From Piromyces finnis finn (lineage: Eukaryota > Fungi > Neocallimastigomycota), in assembly GCA_002104945.1 (NCBI GenBank), contig MCFH01000019.1:248001-312000 (forward strand): a stretch of 64,000 bases of DNA, in the 5' to 3' direction. The position numbers and the translations under genes are program-made. Under the pieces are notes generated by a model. That model ran no database searches. It was not told the origin of the DNA and saw nothing but the letters and a program-made list of their open reading frames with translations. Position 1 is the first letter of the stretch. Every line of letters begins with the position of its first letter. Positions 28,401 through 43,200 of this stretch are shown piece by piece.

Positions 28401-28991
28401 ATTATTATTATTAAATTATTATATATATTTCAAAATTGAAAATTTTAATTATTATTATATTTTAATAGTATGCATACCCAAGCAATATATATATATCTTA
28501 ACATTTTACTTGTTTCATCTTGTTTATTATATAAAATAAAATAAAAAATGAGTATTATTAACTATTTTGGATATTGAAATAGCCTCATACTAATATTTTA
28601 TAATACTATGTTTAATATATACCAAATATTTTTAATAAAGCGTATTGAACACATTCTTCGTCAAATTCATCCTTGATTTCTGATAAACCATTGGCTAAAA
28701 TATATATTTTTATATAAATTTTTAATAAAAATAATTTTTTTAATGACCTTTTAGTATTTACTTTCTTTTTTTATTATTATTGTTTTCTTTTTTCGATAAA
28801 TAAAATAATAGATTTTATTTCTCGAAACATTATATTTATTTTTAATGTAGTAAATACTTACAACCAGAGTTAATTAAAGTAATGTCATCACCTTCATATC
28901 CAAATAAAATCCAGTCAGTATTTGAAGAAGGTTCTTTTAATTCGTTTAATGAAGCATTTAATTCTCTAGAGTGAGTGTATAATAAAGACAT
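25447..28991 (-). CDS. ABP1: Abp1/drebrin-like actin-binding protein: ADF-H domain, Pro-rich repeats, coiled coil, two SH3 domains
   Basis: ATG at 28991. ADF-H motifs DWILFGYEG and GYHVKINARCYEDVEPENII. Two C-terminal SH3 domains (YDYEPQEENEI...GWWQG...GLFPSNYV and LYDYDAQEDNEI...DWWEG...GLFPGNYV). Confidence 0.88.
26009..26140 (-). repeat. Coding 24 bp tandem repeat (EERERKER)n in the Abp1-like gene
   Basis: About 5 units of ttcacgttc(c/t)tttctttctcttt(c) encoding a charged single-helix segment. Confidence 0.85.
26168..26450 (-). repeat. Coding 36 bp tandem repeat R[EA]NPLAP[PT][AP]LP[QA]
   Basis: Six consecutive 12-aa units plus one displaced unit, read from ORF 25945..26556. Confidence 0.9.
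27411..27690 (-). repeat. Coding 30 bp tandem repeat (QP[TNA]RANPLSP)
   Basis: Eight units of ggattagctct(g/a)g(t/c)tggttgtggtgataat-type sequence at 27441-27680, plus a degenerate flanking unit. Confidence 0.95.
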
Positions 28992-29414
28992 GTTGAATTT
29001 TGATTTATATATATATGTATAATTTTTTTATAATTTTTTTAAAGTGTCTTGTTTAGTCAATTGAAATATTTATTCTATTTATTTGGTAGTTTGTTTTGTT
29101 TTGAGTTAATAGTTTAAAAATAGAAAGTTTTATTCTTAAAGAAAGCGTTAATTTTATTTATTCAGTCTATAATATATAAAAAAAAAATAATATACAATTG
29201 CGATTATATTTGTTTTCAGTTTCCTTTTATAATAAAAGTACTTTTACTTTTTTTTTATAATAAATTTAAAAAAATATATATAAATCGTTAATTTTTTTTT
29301 ATTTTAAAAAAAGTGAAAATAAATAAGCGATTTTTCCTTTTATATATAAAAAATTGTTTTTTTTTTTATTGGCATACATTTATAAAAACTTGTGCCATTT
29401 TTTTTGTTTATCTA

Positions 29415-29423
29415 TTCATTCAT

Positions 29424-29454
<31 letters not shown>

Positions 29455-29467
29455 TCTATTCATTCAT

Positions 29468-29530
<63 letters not shown>

Positions 29531-29600
29531 CTTATTTATTTATTTATTATTTATTTATTATTTATTTATTTATTTATTATTTATTTATTTATTTATTTTT
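29415..29600. repeat. (ATTT)n microsatellite upstream of the Abp1-like gene
   Basis: Imperfect tetranucleotide run ttatttatttattt. Confidence 0.9.
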
Positions 29601-30566
29601 TGCTGTTATATTAAAAAAAAGGAATAAAAAAAATGATATAAAAATTAATTAATAACATATTGCAATATATTGTAATATATAATATAAATTAATTAAAAAA
29701 TAGTAGAATTTCGAACTAATCCAACTACTTTCTTTTATTATTAAATATACTTTGTCATATATTATAATTTAATATTAATATATGAATACAAACTTTATAT
29801 ATTAATAATTCTATTGAAATATTTTATGAGTTGACAACCAATTAACATTTAATATATTAGTTTTTTCATCAATGATTTATATTTATTTAAATTAAAAATA
29901 AATTTATAATATATGAAGTAATATATTAACTTTATTAAAATCAAAAGTACCAACAGAAAATGAAAAAGAACGTTTGCTGTGACCTTCATAACAAAAAAAG
30001 GAATAGGCAAAAAAGAAAAGAAAAAAGGCCTATTTTATAGATTTTTTTTTTATTATAATGGCATCTAAAGAAATAGGTTTATTTTTATTTTATTGTTATT
30101 CACTCTCCTTTGAATGTAAAATAATTTAATCTTTTTTTCTTTTTGGTACAAATTTAGCATTATCATAGAATTAATTAAAAAAAGAATTTCTTAAAATTTC
30201 TTTAATGAAAATTGTAACCTTAATGGCAGTAGAAAAGTAAATGAATGAATGAATCAATCAATCAATAATAACTATAATTATTAAATGAATGAAAAAATAA
30301 GTAAATAAATAAATAAATAAATAAATAATAATTATAACTAAAGGTAGGATTAAAACCATATAAGGATTTAATATATTAACTTTGGTAGTAACTTGATTCT
30401 ATAGTATTCATACATACTTTTATTAATAATTTACATGAGTGCATTAAATATTAATAAGTAAAACTTAAAGTACATTTATGAATTTTATTTTTTTTATTAT
30501 TATTTTTTCTTTGATATGATATTAGCGTAATGAAAGTATTTTTTTTTTTTACTTATTTATTTGAAT

Positions 30567-31770
30567 TTAAGCACCAAATTTTGAAGTAAAACCTAATTTA
30601 AAGGCAAGTTCGGCAAGAAAATGATAAGTTAAAATAGAATTATTTCCTCCATTTTTACAATCTTCTTCAGAGAATTTTTGACGTTTATCACAACGAATGG
30701 ATCCATTATGTCTGTAGCATACAGATATTGGTACACTAATATTTATTTAATATATAATTTTGTTTTAATAATTTCATTTCATTAATGAAAATTGGTATTT
30801 ACAGAGTTTAAAGTAATTCAGGGTTAATCGTTTTTTAAGAATGATAATAACAATAATAATAGTAATAATAATAATAATGAAAAAAAGTTTAATAAATCAA
30901 ATAATTTCGATATCTGAGGGAGGTTTTTATAGCTTTATATAAGAATAATTAAACTTACTCTTCAACTTCAACACAAAGACCGGCTTTATGACATCCAGAT
31001 TGTTGTGGAAGAACAAAATTGTTTAATTGATAGGAATCACAATGAAGTTGTGGGTTTTCATAGTATTTTTTAATAGCGTTATTATATCTATCAGCATAGG
31101 AGAGAGCAACAACACATCCAATATCATCATTATCAATATATTCTGATATTATATTATCAAAACAAATAAAACCATTTTTAACCATACTACTATCTAACTT
31201 TAAATGAATAAATAAAACAGAGGCATTTTCTAAATATTCTTTAGTTAATTGAATTATGTCTTCCTTTGAATTATAATCAATATTTAATAATGAGGCTTGA
31301 TTAACAGCTTTAGCTTCATTAAGAGTGGATACAACAGTATCAACATTTGAAATAACATTAATTTTAATATTTCCATATCTTTTCCATTTTAAAAAAAAAT
31401 AAAAAATAAAAATATTATAAAAATAATATAAAAAAATTAGTATTTTGAAATTTTTTTTTTTTTTTTAAAAAAAAAAGGATTATAGTGCGACTTTATATTT
31501 ATAGTTATTTATTTATTTTTACATTGGAAATGTATTACCTTTGCATTAATGTCTCAGACATCTTTTTATACATTGTTTGAAAATTTTATAATAAGGTAGG
31601 GTTAAAATATTTGGTGATATAAAAATGTTTTTAAAAAGTACTTAAGTCATTTAACCGTAAAAATATAATATAAAATACCTTTTCTTTTTCAATATTGGCA
31701 TATCCTAACAATTGAAGAAGGTCATTTTCAGAACTTCCTACAATTTGAATAGATAATTAAGGAAACATAA

Positions 31771-31801
<31 letters not shown>

Positions 31802-32399
31802 AATTAGAGTAATAATAATAATAATAATAATGGAAATTACAATATATAAATAAAAATAAATATATTTAGATATTTAATGATATAGCATAATATAATAATA
31901 ATAAAAAAAATTGGAATCAATATTATTTCCTTAATTTCTATTTTTTTTTTTAAAAAAAAAAAAAAGCAAAACTTCAAAAATGGAAATGAATCAAACATTT
32001 TTAATTATTAAATTTATTTTTTTGTAATTATTTAAAAAATAATAATTGAATATTTTGTATTTAATTAAACTTAACAATTTTTACAATATTTTAAGTATTC
32101 TTATAATGGAAAACGAAAGATATTTATTATTTTGTTTTGAGTTTTAGATTTTCAAATGGAATATTTATTTTTTAATAAGAAACATTAGTATTACCTTCAA
32201 AATTCCATTTTTCAATCATTAGTGTTCCTGAGGATCCTTCTTTAGCTAACCTATCTAAATTATTAAGAGGAACTGAAGTATTATCATTTAAAAATGTTGG
32301 AATAATTCCTGTTTGACTTTCATCCCATGGTTTAACTAAATAAGAAAAACCCTCACCAACTAATATAAGATTCTTTTTTGGATGTCCTGAAGGAGCCAT
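30567..32399 (-). CDS. ApgM/alkaline-phosphatase-fold derivative (AT5G11810-like), about 291 aa, 5 exons
   Basis: Exons 32399-32195, 31737-31679, 31561-31539, 31378-30959 and 30735-30567 splice in frame (876 nt). Motifs: NLILVGEGF, NNLDRLAKEGSSG, SSENDLLQLLGY, LFIHLK, VLPQQS, DVPISV...RCD...FSEEDC, HFLAELAFKLGFTSKFGA-stop. Family assignment is from recalled motifs. Confidence 0.75.
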
Positions 32400-33437
32400 G
32401 AATATTTTATTTTTTTTTTTTATGTATTTTTTTCTTTTCTTGATATATATAATTTCAATAAAATTTTTATTCTCTATGACCAATTCCTTTTTTTTTTTTT
32501 TCTCTCTTAAATTATTCCTCACTAAAAGAATAGTTTTAAATGAAAAAAAAAAAAAAAAAAAAAAAAAAGTTTTTATATTTCCTTTTTTAAAATTTCTTTG
32601 ATTTTATAATAATAAATTTTTTTTATTATAATAATATAAAATAAAGTTTATTCATTTTTTTAATTTTGACAAAAAAAGTTTTTATTCAAAGAGAAGTTGT
32701 TGTTGCTGCTGTTGCTGCTGTTGTTTCTTCTCTATTCAAAGTGTATATAAAAAAAGAATAGATAAATGAATATGGATAGGAAAAAAAAAAGAGGTAGAAT
32801 CGTTTTATCATCCAAAAGAAAAAAAGATATAATCGATTATATATATATTAATAATAAAGAATATTTAAAAAATATATTCCATTAGGTTTTATTAAAAAAG
32901 TATAATAAGAAAAAATATATACATTGAATATTATTTTTTTAAAAGAAAAAAAAAACCAGTATAAAAGATATTAAACAATCCTTTTAACTAGAGTATATAA
33001 ATAAAAAAAAAAAAACAATTCAAATACTTGGTTTTTCCTTTTTTTTTTTTTTTTATTATTAAAAGATAAATTTCAAAATAATTATTTTTTCTTTAATAAT
33101 AAAGTAGTAATTTTCTCTCTTTTTTAAATTACATTTTTAATTCTTTTATAAATAAAAGGAATGAACACCATTACTAACTAATTATTATCATGATGAATTA
33201 CCAATTATCCTTGATTTTTTGGTGATTTTAGCCAAACTTTTTAGCCATAAGAAATTTGACCTCTACCAGACTTTTAGCCAGACCTCAACTTTTCATTTCT
33301 TTTTTTTAATAGGCCATTGAAATTTCTGTGTAACCAATATTTTTTAATATTTTTTTATTAATTTTTCTTTTTTTTTTTTTTTTTTTTTTTTTTCAAACAT
33401 TTAGAGTTATTTTCAAAATTTTATAATAAAATAAACA

Positions 33438-34994
33438 ATGTCAAAAGCTGAAAAGGAATTAGACGTCGTATTATTCAAATTCGTTAATAAAATTATAAAA
33501 TATATTGACGATATTAATACCCCAAATGAAAAATTATTTATGTCTCATGACAATTTTAACCATGCTACTTTTTTCCAAAGATTAGGTAAAAGATTTAATA
33601 TATACCTTTTTTTTTTTTTTTACAAAAAAATAATAACAATAATAAAATTCAAACTTTAAATTGATTCAATTTTTCATTTTAAAATTTAATATCTTATATG
33701 GAAAAAAAAAAAAAAAAAAGATAATGCCGTCTCAGTAATTTCATCCAATGCTACTAAATTCTCAATTACTGCAAAGCCACCATGTAATCCAAAGGATGTT
33801 ATCGAGATCAGTTCAATATTCCAACAAAGTATTGAAAATCTTGTAAATATTGTTGAATCTGTTCCTTTAACTCAAGGTTTAAATTACAACAATGGTATGA
33901 TATTTTTAAATATACATATTTATTATTATTATTTAAAAAAAAATATAAAAATTCTATTTGCAATCTGTTTTTTTTTTAAAAGAGAAAAACTAAATCATTT
34001 TTATTTTTATACTATTATAATCAATTGCTTTAAACCATTTAATCTATTCTCTAAAAATAAAATCATTTTATTAAACGAATATTAATAATGAAATTCGATA
34101 ATGTTTATTTTGAATAAAAAAATTTTTTACAATTTTATTATTAAAAAATCAATATCTCTATTACCAAATTATCATATACCCATATATTCCTATCTACATA
34201 TATTAACATATTTATATATCCATATTATATTTAAAAAATAATAAAAAATGAATGGAAATAATAAAACACAATCATTAGAAATTCGTGATATCAGTAAAGA
34301 ATTATTAAGAAGTGTTGCTACTTTAGTTAATGGAACCATGAAAGTTCCAGTCAACTTAAGTTCTATTAATTCATTCCAAGGTGCTTTAGTAGATACCGGT
34401 ATTACTTGGTCCAACTGTGATGCCTTAAAAAAGATATCCAAAAATAATTTAGAAGCTTCTTCAAAAAAAATAAAAGTTACTTTAGATTTTATTGGTGATT
34501 CATTAAATGAAATTAAGGAAGCTGCAGAAAATCCAGATGATGGATTTGATGACTTTGATGACGATTTAGACAGTGATAATGAAGATGACGGTGAAACTAA
34601 GAGAGAATTAACCGAAACTGAAAAAATTCTTTTAGAAAATACTATCAATATTTTCAAGATGTCAAACTTTTTATTAAAAAAGATTTTAACTCGTACCATG
34701 AAGCAATATTTAAAGGATACTAGTATTGAAGCTAATCAATGGCTCGATAGTATTGCTGAACATGCCGGTAAGAACTTTTCAGAAGCTACAGATGATTTAG
34801 CCTGTGCTGCTATAAATTATCCATTAGATGCTGAATCCATACTTGAAGAAAGTAATAAATTATTTGAAAAAGCTTCTAACCTTATTGATACTTGTATCAA
34901 GGTTTCCGATGAATTAAATGTTAAATGGTATAATACTTGTAGAGATCAATTTACAAAATATATTAATGCTATTGCTGCTTGTAAAAGTGAATAA
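33438..34994 (+). CDS. CCNDBP1: GCIP/CCNDBP1-like (Grap2 and cyclin-D-interacting domain) protein, 3 exons
   Basis: MSKAEKELD...; ISSNATKFSITAKPP; DTGITWSNCDALKKI; DSLNEIKE followed by an acidic DDGFDDFDDDLDSD tract; TDDLACAAINYP. This is the order of motifs I recall for the GCIP domain. Confidence 0.75.
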
Positions 34995-35980
34995 ATAAAT
35001 TAAACCTCCACCCTCCCTCAAACGCTACCCTTTAAAAAAATATATATTAATTAATAAATAAGGGTATAAATAGATATAAATGTATACAGATGAATATGAT
35101 TTATTTATTTATTTAAAGAAATTAGAAATAATCTATCTATATAAACAAAATAAACTAATTTATTATAGTATTTCATTTTTTTTAAAAAAAAAAAAAAGTT
35201 AAAATAGTTCATCATTATATTATTAATTCAATATACATTTTTATTTTCATTCTCTATGTATATTTACACTAGAAGTTTTTTTTTTCTATTTAATAGATAG
35301 TATAAAATTTAATAAAATCTACGATAAAAATCCTATAAATAATTAAGAAAAACTTTTTTATTTTAAAAGTGTTCAAAATTTTAAATGTGGATGTCATTTA
35401 AAAAAAAAAGAAAGAAAGAATTCTGATATTTTTAAGAAGGATCATCAATCCTCATTATATAAAAATGATAATAATTACTAATGATCATCATTTAAAAAAA
35501 AATAAATAATGAATTTCTTTTCTTTTTATTCATTGTTTTAATGAAATGCTCTTTCTTTTCTTTAAATGCACCTTTTTTAATTTTTTTTTTTTTTTTTTTC
35601 ATATTGAAATTCCTTTTTAATTAAAAAAAATCTTCCCGGTTCATTTCTTTTCCACTTTAAAAATTTAATTTATTCTAATATATTAAACAATATATTAGAA
35701 TACATTGATGTTTTATGAAAGGACAAATGAAAAATCAATCAAAAAAAAAAAATTTTTTAAAAAAAAAGTCAACTTTGTAGAAACTTTGACTTTATAAAAA
35801 AGAAAATAATAATAAATAATAAAAAATAAAAAAAGAATAAAACTCAATAAATATTTATTATTGAACTGAAAATATTAATAGAAGGCTACAGTTAAATTAT
35901 ACCAATTTTATAATAAACAAAAAAAATTTAAATTTCATTTCAATTTTATAAAAAAAAAAATAAGAAATAAATCTTTAAAA

Positions 35981-38214
<2,234 letters not shown>

Positions 38215-38817
38215 ACGATTTGAAAGGGGGAAAAAAAGGGAGGGTTTATGACCCTTTATAAAAATTTAATAATCGTAGTAGTAGTAAAAAAAAAAAAAAA
38301 AAAAAAAAAAACATTACTACTAATACTAACTAATACTAGAAAATAGAAATAATATATTTATAATTTTTTTTATTTTTCTTTTTTTTTTTTAATTTATAAA
38401 CGATTAACACTAGAAAAATTATGATTCTATCCTATTTACAATATATAATTTTTTTTTGTATATTTTTTATTATTTTTTTTTTAAAAAAAAAACTTTTATT
38501 TTTATCTATCTCGATAGAATTAACTTTTTTTTTTTTTAACTATTATTCTACCTATGCAAATAAATAAATAAAAATCAATAAACTATTAAAAAATAATAAT
38601 ATATAAAAAGAATTAGTGGTTATTATAAAAAAGGTTATATATATATAAATTAATAATTGTAATGGTATTACAAAGTCCATTTTGTAACAAAAAAATCAAT
38701 ATATTTCTATCAAAAAAAAAAAAAAGAGGGATAAATATATACATTAACTAATCTATTTTTATGTAATAAAAATTTTTATAGTTTAACAAGTAACCATACA
38801 TAATTGAAAATAGAAAC

Positions 38818-39597
38818 ATAGTCAAAGTAATAGTCAAAGTAATAGTAATAGTAATAGTAATAGTAATAGTAATCGGTAATAGTAATAGTAATAGTAATAG
38901 TCAAAGTAATAGTCAAAGTAATAGTAATAGTAATAGTAATAGTAATAGTAATAGTAATAGTAATAGTAATAGTAATAGTAATAGTAATAGTAATAGTAAT
39001 AGTAATAGTAATAGTCAAAGTAATAGTAATAGTCAAAGTAATAGTCAAAGTAATAGTAATAGTAATAGTAATAGTAATAGTAATAGTAATAGTAATAGTC
39101 AAAGTAATAGTAATAGTCAAAGTAATAGTCAAAGTAATAGTAATAGTAATAGTAATAGTAATAGTAATCGGTAATAGTAATAGTAATAGTAATAGTAATA
39201 GTAATAGTAATAGTAATAGTAATAGTAATAGTAATAGTCAAAGTAATAGTAATCGGTAATAGTAATAGTAATAGTAATAGTAATAGTAATAGTAATAGTA
39301 ATAGTAATAGTAATAGTAATAGTAATAGTAATAGTAATAGTAATAGTAATAGTAATAGTAATAGTAATAGTAATAGTAATAGTAATAGTAATAGTAATAG
39401 TAATAGTAATAGTAATAGTAATAGTAATAGTAATAGTAATAGTAATAGTAATAGTAATAGTAATAGTAATAGTAATAGTAATAGTAATAGTCAAAGTAAT
39501 AGTCAAAGTAATAGTCAAAGTAATAGTAATAGTAATAGTAATAGTCAAAGTAATAGTAATAGTCAAAGTAATAGTAATAGTAATAGTCAAAGTAATC
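38818..39597. repeat. About 780 bp hexamer satellite (TAATAG)n with TCAAAG and TAATCGG variants
   Basis: Directly visible. TAATCGG variants at 38870, 39165 and 39250; TCAAAG variants cluster at both ends and in the left half. Confidence 0.97.
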
Positions 39598-40291
39598 GTT
39601 AATATTTATAATTATTGTCGTAATCATCCACTTTTTCCCACACTTTTTAATGATAAAATAAAAAACTTATCTTTTTTTGATTTCTTATCAGAAATTTAAA
39701 ATAAAAACATTTTTCCACATTTTAAAATTTTAATTTTTTTTATATTAAAAAAAGTTTTCAAATGATAAAAATTTTTAATTTATTTTTAATGAATTTTTTT
39801 AATCTAAATTTTATTATTTCAAATTATCACAAGTTCACTTTTTTTTGATAAAAAAAAATATAAAAAAAGAAGAAAGGAAAAAGGAAAAAAAAAACTTTTT
39901 TTTAAACTTGAAGAGAGAGAAAAAAAAAATTACTTTTTTTTTAATATTTTTTTTAAATAAAATAATAAATATTTATCTTTTCTTTAGGTAAAAAAGGAAA
40001 GAAAAAAAAAAAAAAAAAAAAGGAAAAACCACAACTATCAAAAGGAAATTAAAAAAAAAGAGGAAATTATAAAAAATAGAAAAAATAAAATAGAAAAAAT
40101 ATAGAAATATATATTGTCTATATTTACTTTTATATTACTATTAAAAACAAATTAAAAAGTTTCATTGAAAAAAAAAAAAAGTATTATAAAGAATTTTCAT
40201 TATCAATTTTTTTTTTTTTTTAAATTCTTATCAATAAAAATAAATTATCCTATCGAAAAAAAAAAAAAAAAAAAAAAAAAGGAAATTTAAA

Positions 40292-43200
40292 ATGGAAACT
40301 GCTAGCTCTTCAAACGAAAATAATAGAAATACACTTGATGCTATTAAAGTAGTAGAGAATGACCCCGTCAATGAAGAATATAAAAGTTTACTTAATAAAA
40401 ATGATGGTAAATGTAATTTATGATAAAATTAAAATTGTTATCTTTTTTTTCTTTTTTAAAAAAAACAATTTCATATTAAAATACACATTATATATATATT
40501 ATATATTATATATATTATATATACTATATATATCATTTATATTATTATTTATATTAATAACCATAATATATTGAACCTATTTAACGGTTACTAACAATAA
40601 AATATTATTATTATCAATTCATATCAATTTATTCTTGATATAATTCTTTATTCCTAATTATATATATATCTTTAAAAGAACAAGTTCCTACGCCAACTCC
40701 AAATCCTTCTCGTCACCTTTCTAGAAGAGAATTAATTGTTTATATTGCATGTTTTCTAGTAGCATTAATATTTTGGAATATACCTCCAAAAGTAGATAAA
40801 GGAATAACAAAAACTTCTATGCATTTATTTGCTGTATTTTTATTGTAATTTGAATATATATTAAAAATATTTTATGTATTTGACTCTCTTTTACTAAGTT
40901 ATTTTATATTAACCATGTTTTTTTTTTTTTTAAAAATTATTATAATTATTATTTTAAAACAAACAAACAAATAAATGAAAAAAAAAAAAAAAGAATTGTA
41001 TTACTGCTTCTTTTTACTAAAGCTAGAATTTCAATTGTTATTGCTTTTTCTTTGGCATTTTTATCTCTATCAGAAAACTTTAAATGTCGTACATTAAATA
41101 ATTTAATGGTAGATTGTTCAATGTGTGGAAAACCAATAGAGGGTAAAGATGAATCAACTATATATCAATGTAATGGTTCAAAGGTAAATACATTAGAAAA
41201 AAAAAATAATTTTAATATTAATATATTTTTTAATTCTTCTTCTTATTATTATTATTATTATTATTATTACTCTAATTCTTCTTCTTCTTCTTCTTATTAT
41301 TATTATTATAACTCTAATTCTTCTTCTTCTTCTTCTTATTATTATTATTACTCTAATTCTTCTTCTTCTTCTTCTTATTATTATTACTCTAATTCTTCTT
41401 CTTCTTCTTCTTATTATTATTATTACTCTAATTCTTCTTCTTCTTATTATTATTATTATTACTCTAATTCTTCTTCTTATTATTATTATTATTATTACTC
41501 TAATTCTTCTTCTTCTTCTTATTATTATTATTATTATTACTCTAATTCTTCTTCTTCTTCTTCTTCTTATTATTATTATTATTATTACTCTAATTCTTCT
41601 TCTTCTTCTTATTATTATTATTATTATTACTCTAATTCTTCTTCTTCTTCTTCTTCTTATTATTATTATTACTCTAATTCTTCTTCTTCTTCTTCTTATT
41701 ATTATTATTATTACTCTAATTCTTCTTCTTCTTATTATTATTTTATAAAGGGTGCATTCGCTATTGCATTATCAGGGTATTTATATAAAAAATGATCAAA
41801 TAATTGATATATTGCGTTTCATAATTATTAATGATTATTTCATTCATAAAAATATATGTTATATAGTTTTGCTGATCCAATTAATTGGTTAGTATTTTTC
41901 GCTTATCAAATTGGATATTGTATTGAGGTATATATCATCATAAAAGTATTAAATAATTTTTTTTTTTTAAAAAAAACGACAACAATAACAATAACAATAA
42001 CAACATATTAACAATAATAATAATCTAATTTATATTTTAATAATTAAATAGAATACAGGTTTTGGAAAAAGAGTATCATATATTATTTTAAAACATTTTG
42101 GTACTTCTTTACAAGGTATCGGTTATGCTATATTTATTATTGGTAGGTATCTCTTTAAATATTTTTTTTTTAAAAAAAAAAAAAAAAAGATCATCTAAAT
42201 TCTATTTTTTTAATTTGTATAAATAATAGAACTTGTTCTTGCACCATTTATTCCAAGTAACGTTGGTATGTTTATCCTTTTATGCTATTATATATTTTAT
42301 TTGTTTCATTTCATATTTAATTTCTTGAAATAAAATAACTTTAATTATTAACTTTTAAAAATTTTCCTAAACTTCTCATATTTATAATCAATATGTGGGA
42401 TATAGCTCGTGGTGGTTGTATTGTATTACCTATTATTGCTTCCATTATTGAAAATATTTCACAAAACTATCATGTTTCATCAAAAGTCTCCGATTTCTTG
42501 TACTTATGTGGTAATCATGCCAATTTAATCATTTCAAGTATCTATTTAACTGGTTCAGCTTCTAATCCTGTACTTGTTAGTAAAGTAAATTCTGTTTATG
42601 GTTTAGAATATGATTTAACTTTTATGAAATGGTTGATTGGTTCTATTGTACCTGGAATTGTTGTTATTTGTATTACACCAAAAGTTATCGGAAAATATCT
42701 TAAGCAAGAAAATATGAGTTTAGAACATACACAACATTATTCTGAACGTATGTTGAGGCAAATGAAAGATATGACAAAGGACGAAAAGGTTATTATTATT
42801 ATTATTATTATAAAATATATGGCTTTACTAATTTTGTTTGATAATATCACAATAATATTAATTATATAATTTTTTTTTACTCTTTTTCTTCAAACATATA
42901 TATATGTATATTATATACTTTATTTATACTTTTATATATAATAGAGTTTATGTTTTGTTTTTATAATTTGTTTAATATTATGGATTACAGCTGGTATTAC
43001 TGGAATTGATGCAACCTTGGTAACATTTATTGGTGTATTATCTTTACTTACATTGAATGTAATGACTTGGGATAACATTTTAACTAATAAAAAAGGTATG
43101 TTTTATTATGTATTACATCATATATTTATATTATATACTTTTTATTTTTCTAATTGTTATTTGTTTTTTTAAATTCATAATTATAAATTTAAAAAATGTT

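Noticed and set aside
29313-29652. Three overlapping plus-strand ORFs rich in F/I/Y/L
   Set aside because: Artefacts of the (ATTT)n microsatellite.
34190-34699. 169 aa minus-strand ORF
   Set aside because: Antisense shadow of the GCIP-like exon.
38776-39627. Four minus-strand ORFs of poly-IT or poly-Y
   Set aside because: They are translations of the (TAATAG)n satellite, whose reverse strand has no stop codons; no coding signal.
41184-41750. Tyr/Ser-rich C-terminal part of ORF 41052..41795
   Set aside because: This is an intron (GT at 41184, AG at 41750) filled by the compound repeat; DASS homology resumes at 41751.
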